This document shows positions 8,101 to 14,558 of a DNA stretch of 42,262 nt, piece after piece. The stretch is from an uncultured Candidatus Saccharibacteria bacterium. GTDB taxonomy: Bacteria; Patescibacteriota; Minisyncoccia; Phycocordibacterales; UBA9973. The first letter of the stretch is position 1; each line of letters starts with the position of its first letter. Below the pieces are notes generated by a model, which worked only from the letters and a program-made list of their open reading frames with translations, did no database searches and had not been told where the DNA came from. The stretch spans positions 1-42,262 of the forward strand of contig CAYJCX010000002.1 in NCBI GenBank assembly GCA_964368775.1, in the 5' to 3' direction. The translations under genes and the position numbers were made by a program.

Positions 8101-8262
8101 TTAGTGGGTAATAGGTCTTATTTTACGACATTTTTTGCACCATTCATGTTTTATATCCCCACAATATTGCCTATTAAAGAATCTAGTATGTGGATGTGGT
8201 TCTATTAGTTCAAATTTATGACCATTAATAAAGCAATATAATTTTTTGATTATTTCTCTCAT
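8101..8262 (-). CDS. small Cys/His-rich hypothetical protein (below the ORF-track cutoff)
   Basis: 53 codons, ATG at 8262 and TAA at 8101-8103, with C...H.H...C...C..C spacing. It fills the intergenic gap. Confidence 0.3.
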   Translation of the reverse strand: MREIIKKLYCFINGHKFELIEPHPHTRFFNRQYCGDIKHEWCKKCRKIRPITH

Positions 8263-8264
8263 AA

Positions 8265-8426
8265 TTATTTTTCTAATTTTCTGTGTCTAGAGCAACGTGT
8301 TCTGCGCGCTTTCCGGCCACATGTTTTGCAAATAAAAGGCGATCCAAGATTCTTAAATCCAAGGGTTATACAAACATTACAGATCCTATCTAGGTGGTGT
8401 TCCCTATTACAAAAACTATCTAACAT
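8265..8426 (-). CDS. small Cys-rich basic protein
   Basis: The start is taken at the ATG at 8426 (MLDSFCNREHH...). The track start at 8456 is a TTG lying inside the promoter. Contains CNVC ... CKTC motifs and a basic tail. Confidence 0.4.
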   Translation of the reverse strand: MLDSFCNREHHLDRICNVCITLGFKNLGSPFICKTCGRKARRTRCSRHRKLEK

Positions 8427-8432
8427 ATTTAG

Positions 8433-8461
8433 ATTATAGCAACCAGCAACCAGCAAGTAAA
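8433..8461 (-). promoter_or_regulatory. sigma70-type promoter TTTACT-N17-TGCTATAAT (extended -10), 6 nt before the ATG
   Basis: The minus strand reads ACTTTACTTGCTGGTTGCTGGTTGCTATAATCTAAATATG. The -10 is at 8438-8433 and the -35 at 8461-8456. The cassette is duplicated at 14710-14738. Confidence 0.6.
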
Positions 8462-8471
8462 GTGCAGGGGG

Positions 8472-8807
8472 TTATTTAAAGTGGATAACTTTTAAATATA
8501 AGTTACAGACCGCTTCTATTGGTATACCGCCAGTAGCTATAGGGGAATTAGGTAGTTTACCGTAGGTTAGGTATGCCTGCCATTTTTCATCATCTATTTG
8601 ATTTAATTGTAAGTAACCATGGCTTATTTTAGATAGGGCGTAAATTAATTCATCTAGAGTAGGGGATAGAAATTTGTTATCTGCGCCCCATGTGTAAAGT
8701 TCTACAATTCTAGATCTTGTATTTTCATTTTTAGAATCTATTGCGTCCGCTTTCTTAAATTTGTAGCCGGCGTCCTTTAATGCAAGGCAATGGAGTTCGC
8801 TTAACAT
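8472..8807 (-). CDS. hypothetical protein, paralog of 6524..6901
   Basis: 111 aa, sharing the motifs listed for 6524..6901. Confidence 0.5.
   Translation of the reverse strand: MLSELHCLALKDAGYKFKKADAIDSKNENTRSRIVELYTWGADNKFLSPTLDELIYALSKISHGYLQLNQIDDEKWQAYLTYGKLPNSPIATGGIPIEAVCNLYLKVIHFK
8481..8488 (-). promoter_or_regulatory. DnaA-box-like site (TTATCCAC) about 58 bp upstream of the putative start point
   Basis: Plus-strand GTGGATAACTTTTA, a 14-mer identical to the copy at 14759-14772. It lies in the last codons of gene 8472..8807. Confidence 0.55.
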
Positions 8808-8813
8808 ATTTTT

Positions 8814-8822
8814 ATTATAGCA
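8814..8822 (-). promoter_or_regulatory. extended -10 promoter (TGCTATAAT), 6 nt before the ATG at 8807
   Basis: The minus strand reads GTGCTATAATAAAAATATG. Confidence 0.5.
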
Positions 8823-8831
8823 CTATAGGTA

Positions 8832-8837
8832 TATAAT
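8832..8837 (+). promoter_or_regulatory. -10 element (TATAAT), 8 nt before the ATG at 8846, back-to-back with the minus-strand promoter
   Basis: The plus strand reads GGTATATAATTAAATCAAATG. Only 12 bp separate the two divergent -10 hexamers. Confidence 0.45.
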
Positions 8838-8845
8838 TAAATCAA

Positions 8846-9076
8846 ATGAAAATCGAATCAGCCTTAAATAATGTGGACCAACTTCGAGAGATCTTGGAAA
8901 ACCTAAAATTGTACGCATCGATTATATCGACCGCACATGGAGAACACTACATAGCCTTAAGAACGCTGGGGGTAGATCGTACCCCTAAAAACCAGCTTTC
9001 TCTCTTCCCTTATCAAACTAATTCTCGCATAGGTAAAAGATACGTAAACCCTATGTATTATGAAATTACCTTTTGA
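8846..9076 (+). CDS. hypothetical protein (plus-strand island)
   Basis: 76-aa ORF, the first gene of a three-gene plus-strand module. Confidence 0.45.
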   Translation: MKIESALNNVDQLREILENLKLYASIISTAHGEHYIALRTLGVDRTPKNQLSLFPYQTNSRIGKRYVNPMYYEITF

Positions 9077-9305
9077 TGAATCAGCTTGGGATATAGGTGT
9101 AGGACAATGCACTGTCCATAACACTGTAACCATTTATGCCATTTTTATGGACATGAATATTAAAACCCAAATAGCCACTGTAGGTGTATTTTGTTCGGAA
9201 TGTTATCGAATACATGGCGAAAATGTACGTATAACACAAAGAAAACTTACACTAAAAGATTTTGGCCAAAGAATGTACTTTGAAGATAAAACTAGAGACA
9301 ATTAA
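9060..9305 (+). CDS. hypothetical protein (plus-strand island)
   Basis: 81-aa ORF overlapping the previous gene by 17 nt. Contains a CSEC motif. Confidence 0.45.
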   Translation: MKLPFDESAWDIGVGQCTVHNTVTIYAIFMDMNIKTQIATVGVFCSECYRIHGENVRITQRKLTLKDFGQRMYFEDKTRDN

Positions 9306-9309
9306 TATT

Positions 9310-9522
9310 ATGTATATCCACTATGTTTGTAAAAACTGTCAAGAAGTCAGTACTAATGATGTGGATATTAATAAATATTCACAGGTAGAGTTTATAAAAA
9401 TACACGCTAAAGTTAGGTGTACTGAATGTAAATTCTTTAGTTTTATCCATGTTGTTGCCCATCTTAATCCTATTCCAAGGAGAAAGACGGATAAGAACGT
9501 GATCCAATCAGTGAAGTTTTAA
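9310..9522 (+). CDS. zinc-ribbon-like small protein (plus-strand island)
   Basis: The start is taken at the ATG at 9310 (MYIHYVCKNC...). The track start at 9262 is a TTG. Contains CKNC ... CTEC. Confidence 0.4.
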   Translation: MYIHYVCKNCQEVSTNDVDINKYSQVEFIKIHAKVRCTECKFFSFIHVVAHLNPIPRRKTDKNVIQSVKF

Positions 9523-9594
9523 TGCTAACGCTTAGCCCGTTAGATTTAGAGCTAGGAGATGAAAGAAGAGTAGTCTCCGCCTATAAAACACAGC

Positions 9595-9625
9595 AAGCCG
9601 GATATTATTCCGGCTTTTGTTTTTC
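9595..9625. terminator. intrinsic terminator at the convergence of the plus-strand island and the minus-strand genes
   Basis: AAGCCGGA-TATTAT-TCCGGCTT followed by TTGTTTTT on the plus strand. The stop codon of minus-strand gene 9605.. lies in the loop. Confidence 0.6.
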
Positions 9626-9892
9626 CTCTGTGTCTTCTTCTATATGGACCTCTAATGGTTTAAATTCATCGTGTGGTATTGATAATTCAAATCCTTTTAT
9701 AATTAGTTTTTTCATCCACCAGAATCCTTTTATATCTTTATTATTTAGATCTGTTCCTGGCTCTCTATTTGGATCTGGGACCACCTTAAATATCCCAAAA
9801 TGTAATAGGAACATATGACTAGCGTCATATAATGGGATAAATCCTAATTTAAAGTACCATTTACCTATTCTAACTGCTCTTTCACCTGCCAT
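9605..9892 (-). CDS. hypothetical protein
   Basis: The start is taken at the ATG at 9892, 1 nt after the upstream TAA (TAATATG). The track start at 9916 would overlap. Confidence 0.4.
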   Translation of the reverse strand: MAGERAVRIGKWYFKLGFIPLYDASHMFLLHFGIFKVVPDPNREPGTDLNNKDIKGFWWMKKLIIKGFELSIPHDEFKPLEVHIEEDTEEKQKPE

Positions 9893-9893
9893 A

Positions 9894-10097
9894 TTATTCT
9901 TCTGCGCCATTAGCATAGTCTAATAAATCTATAACCGCTTGATCCATTAGGGTTATAAAAGGTTTAGCTTGTTTCTTAGTTACAGTAAAGTTTAATTGTA
10001 CATCATGGATGCTATATGAAAATGTCTTTTTAGCTTCTGTGTCTACTACTGTTTTAGTAACTGTACTTTCCTTTTTAGGAAATTTCTTTTTTGTCAT
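9894..10097 (-). CDS. hypothetical protein
   Basis: 67-aa ORF within the packed array. Confidence 0.4.
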   Translation of the reverse strand: MTKKKFPKKESTVTKTVVDTEAKKTFSYSIHDVQLNFTVTKKQAKPFITLMDQAVIDLLDYANGAEE

Positions 10098-10120
10098 AGA
10101 TTTATTATCTAATTATTCTT

Positions 10121-10450
10121 TTAATTTGGCAACTCTGTAAATTTTAAATGACATTCACATAAGCAGCCGCAAGTACAGGCAAATTGTGTACGGTTACAAG
10201 TTATTAAACATTTAATACACAAAACATCATCATGTATTTCCTCTGGTTTATTACCAGTAACCATTTTGGTGGTATCACCGATATGGTCTATTTGATCATT
10301 TAACTCTTTTGCTAAGTTCATTAACTTATAGAAAGATGTTTCCAATTCATTTCTTTGCGCTTTAGTTAAAGGCATATTATCTAAAGTTGTATCAAAAGCA
10401 AGCTCTAGATTTTGCATTTCTTCTCGATTTATTGTTTTTTGGGGTATCAT
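10121..10450 (-). CDS. hypothetical protein with an extremely Cys-rich C-terminus
   Basis: The start is taken at the ATG at 10450, 1 nt after the upstream TAG. The tail is CIKCLITCNRTQFACTCGCLCECH. Confidence 0.4.
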   Translation of the reverse strand: MIPQKTINREEMQNLELAFDTTLDNMPLTKAQRNELETSFYKLMNLAKELNDQIDHIGDTTKMVTGNKPEEIHDDVLCIKCLITCNRTQFACTCGCLCECHLKFTELPN

Positions 10451-10451
10451 A

Positions 10452-10631
10452 CTATTTCTCTTTACCATCATGATAATGGACAAATTCAAATGGACCATTT
10501 AATGCTACTAATAATAGAAAACCACCGATACTTTTAGGTAAACTTTCTGTAAATATTCCAGCAATTATTACTGCAAGACCGAATAATTTTAGAAATTCTT
10601 TTAGAATATAGCTATTTGATGTGTATTTCAT
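10452..10631 (-). CDS. small membrane protein
   Basis: The start is taken at the ATG at 10631 (MKYTSNS...). The track start at 10652 is a TTG. Hydrophobic core LFGLAVIIAGIF. Confidence 0.35.
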   Translation of the reverse strand: MKYTSNSYILKEFLKLFGLAVIIAGIFTESLPKSIGGFLLLVALNGPFEFVHYHDGKEK

Positions 10632-10785
10632 AGATTGATTTTTGGGTGGCAACTAAATATCTCGGCTCTTTGTAATGTTTAAATGGATATTTAAAATTCC
10701 AATAATAAAAACCGCCATATTGTGTCATAGCTACAATATGTTCATCTTCTGGAACACTTGCCAGTCTTACGTATTCTTTTTGCAT
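10612..10785 (-). CDS. small hypothetical protein (below the ORF-track cutoff)
   Basis: 57 codons, ATG at 10785 and TAG at 10612-10614. MQKEYVRLASVPEDEHIVAMTQYGGFYYWNFKYPFKHYKEPRYLVATQKSIYEIHIK. Confidence 0.3.
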   Translation of the reverse strand: MQKEYVRLASVPEDEHIVAMTQYGGFYYWNFKYPFKHYKEPRYLVATQKSIYEIHIK

Positions 10786-10786
10786 A

Positions 10787-10888
10787 TTACCTAAGTAGAA
10801 TTAACCCTGATAAAGTATATCCTGCAAAAAATCCAATCAATATTCCAAACATGAGTATATTAAATTCTCTATCTTTTTGTTTATACAT
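10787..10888 (-). CDS. 33-aa hydrophobic peptide (tentative)
   Basis: ATG at 10888 and TAA at 10787-10789, with the stop 1 nt before the next start. MYKQKDREFNILMFGILIGFFAGYTLSGLILLR. Confidence 0.25.
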   Translation of the reverse strand: MYKQKDREFNILMFGILIGFFAGYTLSGLILLR

Positions 10889-10891
10889 AGA

Positions 10892-11026
10892 TTATTTCTT
10901 AGACATATTACGCTTAGATGCCTTTCTTTCGTGTTGTCGGCCTTTTGTTCTACATTCTTTATGCCAAAATACTATTTGGGTTTTAGAATTAGTTGTTAAT
11001 GGATTATTACATTCTTTACAATTCAT
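10892..11026 (-). CDS. 44-aa Cys-containing basic peptide (tentative)
   Basis: ATG at 11026 and TAA at 10892-10894. MNCKECNNPLTTNSKTQIVFWHKECRTKGRQHERKASKRNMSKK. Confidence 0.25.
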   Translation of the reverse strand: MNCKECNNPLTTNSKTQIVFWHKECRTKGRQHERKASKRNMSKK

Positions 11027-11105
11027 TATTTTTACTTGCTTATTAATATTAATAGAGCCTATAGAGAGCTTATCGCGGGGCTAAAGTTGCTAACCTTTAC
11101 GTTTC

Positions 11106-11150
11106 ACTCTAAGCACCGTTTATCTTCACCGTGCGGAAGTTACGGAGAGT
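11106..11150. other. GC-rich composite hairpin inside a 163-nt non-coding island (11027-11189)
   Basis: ACTCT/AGAGT, CCGT/ACGG and CTTC/GAAG pair as nested helices (13 bp in total). The local GC content is clearly above the surrounding sequence. Confidence 0.35.
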
Positions 11151-11189
11151 ACCCCAGAATAAACCCTCTAAAGTTTTTACTTTCATAAT

Positions 11190-11483
11190 TTATTTACAAT
11201 TAGTACAGTCTGGATCATCACATTGGACATCACCATTCTTAATTTTTTCGAATAATTCTTTTGCTTTACGCATTTTAACTTTTTCATTTAGTTTATTCTC
11301 TAGATTATAAGCTAAAAGAACACAAAATATTCCAGCACATAGTTCATATCCAACACTTTGGTAAATAACTATAAATCCAACAACGTATGCAAATAATATG
11401 AATAACATTCTTATTATCATATAAGATATTACCCAAACATTACCCCTAGAAAGACAAGAGAAATACCCACCATAGCTACCCAT
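11190..11483 (-). CDS. small membrane protein with a C-terminal CDDPDCTNC motif
   Basis: 97-aa ORF. An alternative ATG at 11420 would remove the 55-nt overlap with 11429..11602. Confidence 0.4.
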   Translation of the reverse strand: MGSYGGYFSCLSRGNVWVISYMIIRMLFILFAYVVGFIVIYQSVGYELCAGIFCVLLAYNLENKLNEKVKMRKAKELFEKIKNGDVQCDDPDCTNCK

Positions 11484-11602
11484 GAGACTACTTTTTCATA
11501 GTCTGTTCTATGAGAATATCCTTTCTTTTGTACTACAAAGAAGTGTATTACTGAATAAATTAGTGCAAGGCCTAATATTGTTGTAAATGTTGTATCGTCC
11601 AT
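11429..11602 (-). CDS. small two-TM membrane protein (below the ORF-track cutoff)
   Basis: 57 codons, ATG at 11602 and TAA at 11429-11431. MDDTTFTTILGLALIYSVIHFFVVQKKGYSHRTDYEKVVSWVAMVGISLVFLGVMFG. Confidence 0.3.
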   Translation of the reverse strand: MDDTTFTTILGLALIYSVIHFFVVQKKGYSHRTDYEKVVSWVAMVGISLVFLGVMFG

Positions 11603-11606
11603 AAAA

Positions 11607-11852
11607 TTAATCGTTTAAATATTCTTTATAATAAGAGCTAACTGGGATCCAGAACCGGTAGAGCATTTGATCATATGATGTTTTATCATAGATCTTTATA
11701 TACTCATCATATTGTTCGTACGTAGCGGAATTTTCTCGTATGAAATTTAGAAACTTTAGTTTTCTATCACGAACTAACCTATTTCTAATCATCATACAGA
11801 AACAGAAAATTAGACCAAATAGAGCAAGTATTGATATGATGTTATTTATCAT
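11607..11852 (-). CDS. membrane-anchored hypothetical protein
   Basis: 81 aa with an N-terminal TM segment, IISILALFGLIFCFCMMI. Confidence 0.45.
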   Translation of the reverse strand: MINNIISILALFGLIFCFCMMIRNRLVRDRKLKFLNFIRENSATYEQYDEYIKIYDKTSYDQMLYRFWIPVSSYYKEYLND

Positions 11853-12057
11853 CTTTTTTTTCTTCTTTATTTTCTTTTAATAATCCCATATGGGTTAAAG
11901 TATCTTTGCAAAGTTTCTGGTCGTTTTTAATTCTTTGAAGACTTATACCTGCTTCTGTGTATTTCTCTATTTCTTTTTCAGTTAATAGAGCTACTTCTTT
12001 AGTGGTTAAAGCATTATATTTTTCGTTAGCTGTTTCGTATTTTTCTTTTGCTTCCAT
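11842..12057 (-). CDS. hypothetical coiled-coil protein
   Basis: The start is taken at the ATG at 12057 (MEAKEKYE...). The upstream part of the track ORF lies in a structured non-coding region. Confidence 0.4.
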   Translation of the reverse strand: MEAKEKYETANEKYNALTTKEVALLTEKEIEKYTEAGISLQRIKNDQKLCKDTLTHMGLLKENKEEKKDDK

Positions 12058-12079
12058 TTTGTTTATTAATAATAAAGCT

Positions 12080-12235
12080 GATCCCCCGCCCGATGTCCTA
12101 TTTAGATAGGATAAATATTGAAAGTATGGTTGAAACAATATTAATCTTGGAGGGTCGATTTTCCATTTCTCTATCTAAATGGTATCTTTGGAACTCTCCT
12201 CTCGGAATAGTATCGTGCAGTCGGGGAATGGGACC
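12080..12235 (-). ncRNA. candidate structured RNA or DNA element (unknown class)
   Basis: In the 191-nt ORF-free gap, G/C-rich GGUCCC-AUU-CCCCGA (12235-12221) can pair with UCGGG-C-GGGGAUC (12093-12080). This pairing encloses hairpins CCAUUU/AAAUGG, AAUAUUG/CAAUAUU and CCUAU/AUAGG. Confidence 0.3.
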
Positions 12236-12248
12236 TACTATCTTAATA

Positions 12249-12392
12249 CTATTCTTCTAATGGTTCGACCTTAGTTGGTTTAGGTTTGTTTTTCTTTTGA
12301 ATTATAGATTTGCCGTATCTTTGTGCTTTGGGAACATTATTTCTTAGGATATTGCGCGCCTTTTCGTAGCTCTTTCTTTTTGCTGTTTTCAT
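12249..12392 (-). CDS. 47-aa basic peptide (tentative)
   Basis: ATG at 12392 and TAG at 12249-12251. MKTAKRKSYEKARNILRNNVPKAQRYGKSIIQKKNKPKPTKVEPLEE. Confidence 0.3.
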   Translation of the reverse strand: MKTAKRKSYEKARNILRNNVPKAQRYGKSIIQKKNKPKPTKVEPLEE

Positions 12393-12393
12393 A

Positions 12394-12540
12394 TTAATTT
12401 TTATTAAATTCTTTTTTCCAATAAAATTCTATACCTATAAAACCTATAATAATTACAGCCTTATACTCGTGTGTTATTGGATTATTCCATGCAAAACCTA
12501 TACAAAATAAAGAGTTGGTTGTTGTAAATCTAATTTTCAT
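12394..12540 (-). CDS. 48-aa hydrophobic peptide (tentative)
   Basis: ATG at 12540 and TAA at 12394-12396, with the stop 1 nt before the next start. Confidence 0.3.
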   Translation of the reverse strand: MKIRFTTTNSLFCIGFAWNNPITHEYKAVIIIGFIGIEFYWKKEFNKN

Positions 12541-12541
12541 A

Positions 12542-12757
12542 CTATTCAAATACTTCTAATGCAGCCTTTTTAATAGCATTAAATTCTGTGTCAGTTAAAA
12601 CAACTTCTAGAGATTTTTCTGTTTTTATTCTTTCCGGCATAGTTTTATTATCCATCATAGATCTTGAATAGTATTCGCTATTGTCTTTATACTTAGCCAT
12701 TTCTGCTTCATAAGTAGGATTATCTGTGTATTTAATTATAGTTAGTTTGTATGACAT
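12542..12757 (-). CDS. hypothetical protein
   Basis: 71-aa ORF directly downstream of recA. Confidence 0.45.
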   Translation of the reverse strand: MSYKLTIIKYTDNPTYEAEMAKYKDNSEYYSRSMMDNKTMPERIKTEKSLEVVLTDTEFNAIKKAALEVFE

Positions 12758-12758
12758 A

Positions 12759-13817
12759 TTATTCTTCTCCTGTTACTGTGCTATCTTCAATTTCTATATC
12801 ACTTGGGATATATATATTACTAGCATCTTTAATTTCTTTTAATATAGCGTCTGCCCAGTTTTTGTTTTCTTTTAGGTATTTACGTGATACGTCATAGCCT
12901 ACTCCTAGCTTTTGTCCTTGGAAAGAATATGTGTTACCAGATTTTTCAATAATTTTATATTTATCTCCTAGAGCTATTAATTCTCCCTCATACGATATTC
13001 CCTCGCCGTATAATAGGTCAAATTCTGTTTGTTTAAATGGTGGTGCTACTTTGTTTTTAACTACTTTTACTCTTGTTCTACCTCCAACAACTTCATCACC
13101 TTTTTTAATCTGTGCGATTCTACGAATATCTAGACGTACAGAACTATAGAATTTAAGAGCTTTTCCACCAGTAGTAAATTCCGGATTCACGCCAGGGAAC
13201 GCGCCGATATTCATACGGATTTGGTTAATAAAAATAACTACAGTTTTACTTTGGCTAACGATTGGGACCAGTTTTCTACATGCTTGGGACATTAGTTTTG
13301 CATGTCTTCCAATGATTTGATCTCCCATCTCTCCATCGATTTCTGCTTTTGGGGTTAGAGAAGCTACTGAATCAATAACGATTACAGCAAACTTATTGGA
13401 TCGTACCATGGCATCTACCATCTCTAGCGCGCTCTCTCCGTTCTCTGGTTGGCTCACTAGCAGTGTTCCAGTATCTACCCCGATCTTCTTAGCGTATAAG
13501 GGGTCTAAAGCGTGTTCTGCGTCAATAAAGGCGCAAATACCGCCTGTTTTCTGGGCTTGTGCAACTGCATGTAGAGCTAGAGTAGTTTTTCCACTAGATT
13601 CTGGACCAAATATTTCTACGATCCGCCCGCAAGGATAGCCGCCGATACCTAGAGCTAGATCTAAACCAAATGATCCTGTGGGTATAGCTTCTACATCCAT
13701 ATTAGGGGATTCGTCTAGGATCATTACAGATTCCTTGCCGAATTTACTCCTAATAGCAGTTAGTGTCTCATCTAATGTTTTGCCTGGACTTAAATTTTGT
13801 ATCTTTTTTTTAACCAT
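12759..13817 (-). CDS. recA: RecA recombinase (bacterial type)
   Basis: 352 aa. Colinear RecA signatures [20 protein letters not shown] (Walker A), [46 protein letters not shown] and [19 protein letters not shown]. Confidence 0.95.
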   Translation of the reverse strand: MVKKKIQNLSPGKTLDETLTAIRSKFGKESVMILDESPNMDVEAIPTGSFGLDLALGIGGYPCGRIVEIFGPESSGKTTLALHAVAQAQKTGGICAFIDAEHALDPLYAKKIGVDTGTLLVSQPENGESALEMVDAMVRSNKFAVIVIDSVASLTPKAEIDGEMGDQIIGRHAKLMSQACRKLVPIVSQSKTVVIFINQIRMNIGAFPGVNPEFTTGGKALKFYSSVRLDIRRIAQIKKGDEVVGGRTRVKVVKNKVAPPFKQTEFDLLYGEGISYEGELIALGDKYKIIEKSGNTYSFQGQKLGVGYDVSRKYLKENKNWADAILKEIKDASNIYIPSDIEIEDSTVTGEE

Positions 13818-13820
13818 ATA

Positions 13821-14336
13821 TTAAAATTTAATTACTGCTAAATCGTGTATAACACTTTTTTGAAATGCGCGTATTGCTTCTTCTTTACTTACTCTTGTTT
13901 TAGCTAGATTTTCTAAATGAATAACCATTGATTCACTGAAATGTTCCACCATAAATTGTCTATAGGCTGCTTTATATCTTTCCATAGCATCATGGCATGT
14001 AGTACAGAATGTTACAGAATTAAATGGATCATATCTGGTAGCCCAAATCTCTCTCTTATTCCAATGAGAACATGATAAGAATTGGCTAGTACCACAAAGC
14101 TGGCAACATCCATCTCTCTCTTTAATATATGCGGCAAATAGACTGTCTGCTTGTTGTAAAGACCACATATCTACCTTAATAGGTTTAGCAGACTTTAGTT
14201 TAGCCTTTGATTTTAAAGGCTTTTTTGTCTTTAAAGATATAGTATGCCCTTTCATAGCCTTATATGGGTTCTTCTTATTAGTTGCATTACTAAAAGAAGA
14301 TAGAGCTGTCTTACGCTTCAATTGTGTCTGTTTCAT
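13821..14336 (-). CDS. NinG/Rap-like recombination endonuclease (putative)
   Basis: The start is taken at the ATG at 14336. ADSLFAAYIKERDGCCQLCGTSQFLSCSHWNKREIWATRYDPFNSVTFCTTCH parallels lambda NinG ...AVNAFIRERD..C.SCGT......GHY.......RF.ERN....C..CN. Confidence 0.55.
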   Translation of the reverse strand: MKQTQLKRKTALSSFSNATNKKNPYKAMKGHTISLKTKKPLKSKAKLKSAKPIKVDMWSLQQADSLFAAYIKERDGCCQLCGTSQFLSCSHWNKREIWATRYDPFNSVTFCTTCHDAMERYKAAYRQFMVEHFSESMVIHLENLAKTRVSKEEAIRAFQKSVIHDLAVIKF

Positions 14337-14337
14337 A

Positions 14338-14541
14338 CTAATATCCGGTGTTAATAGTAGCGCAGGCAATTGAGATGTCTTTTAAATCACTATTTGGGTT
14401 TAATGCAGAATATAAGCAGTTTATTTTACCCTCTGCATAACTTATTCTTTTTTCTAGAGCTATAACGTGAAAAGCCACAGCCATTAGGACTATGATTTCT
14501 AAAACTGCTATTGCGAAAATGTATCTTTTATTTTTTTCCAT
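14338..14541 (-). CDS. membrane-anchored small protein
   Basis: 67 aa with an N-terminal TM segment, YIFAIAVLEIIVLMAVAFHVI. Confidence 0.4.
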   Translation of the reverse strand: MEKNKRYIFAIAVLEIIVLMAVAFHVIALEKRISYAEGKINCLYSALNPNSDLKDISIACATINTGY

Positions 14542-14558
14542 ACTATTTTTATTAATGA

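Noticed and set aside
8808-9625. Interpreting the plus-strand island as a lysogeny (cI/cro-type) module.
   Set aside because: There is no integrase, excisionase, partition system or recognisable repressor fold in the window. I report it only as a promoter-interference switch of unknown function.
9522-9818. 98-aa plus-strand ORF after the plus-strand island.
   Set aside because: It runs through the terminator hairpin and is antisense to the better-supported minus-strand gene 9605..9892. The product is low-complexity and Ser/Phe-rich.
10758-11084. 108-aa plus-strand ORF.
   Set aside because: The same interval is tiled exactly by three stop-start-coupled minus-strand mini-ORFs (10612..10785, 10787..10888, 10892..11026), consistent with the surrounding gene orientation.
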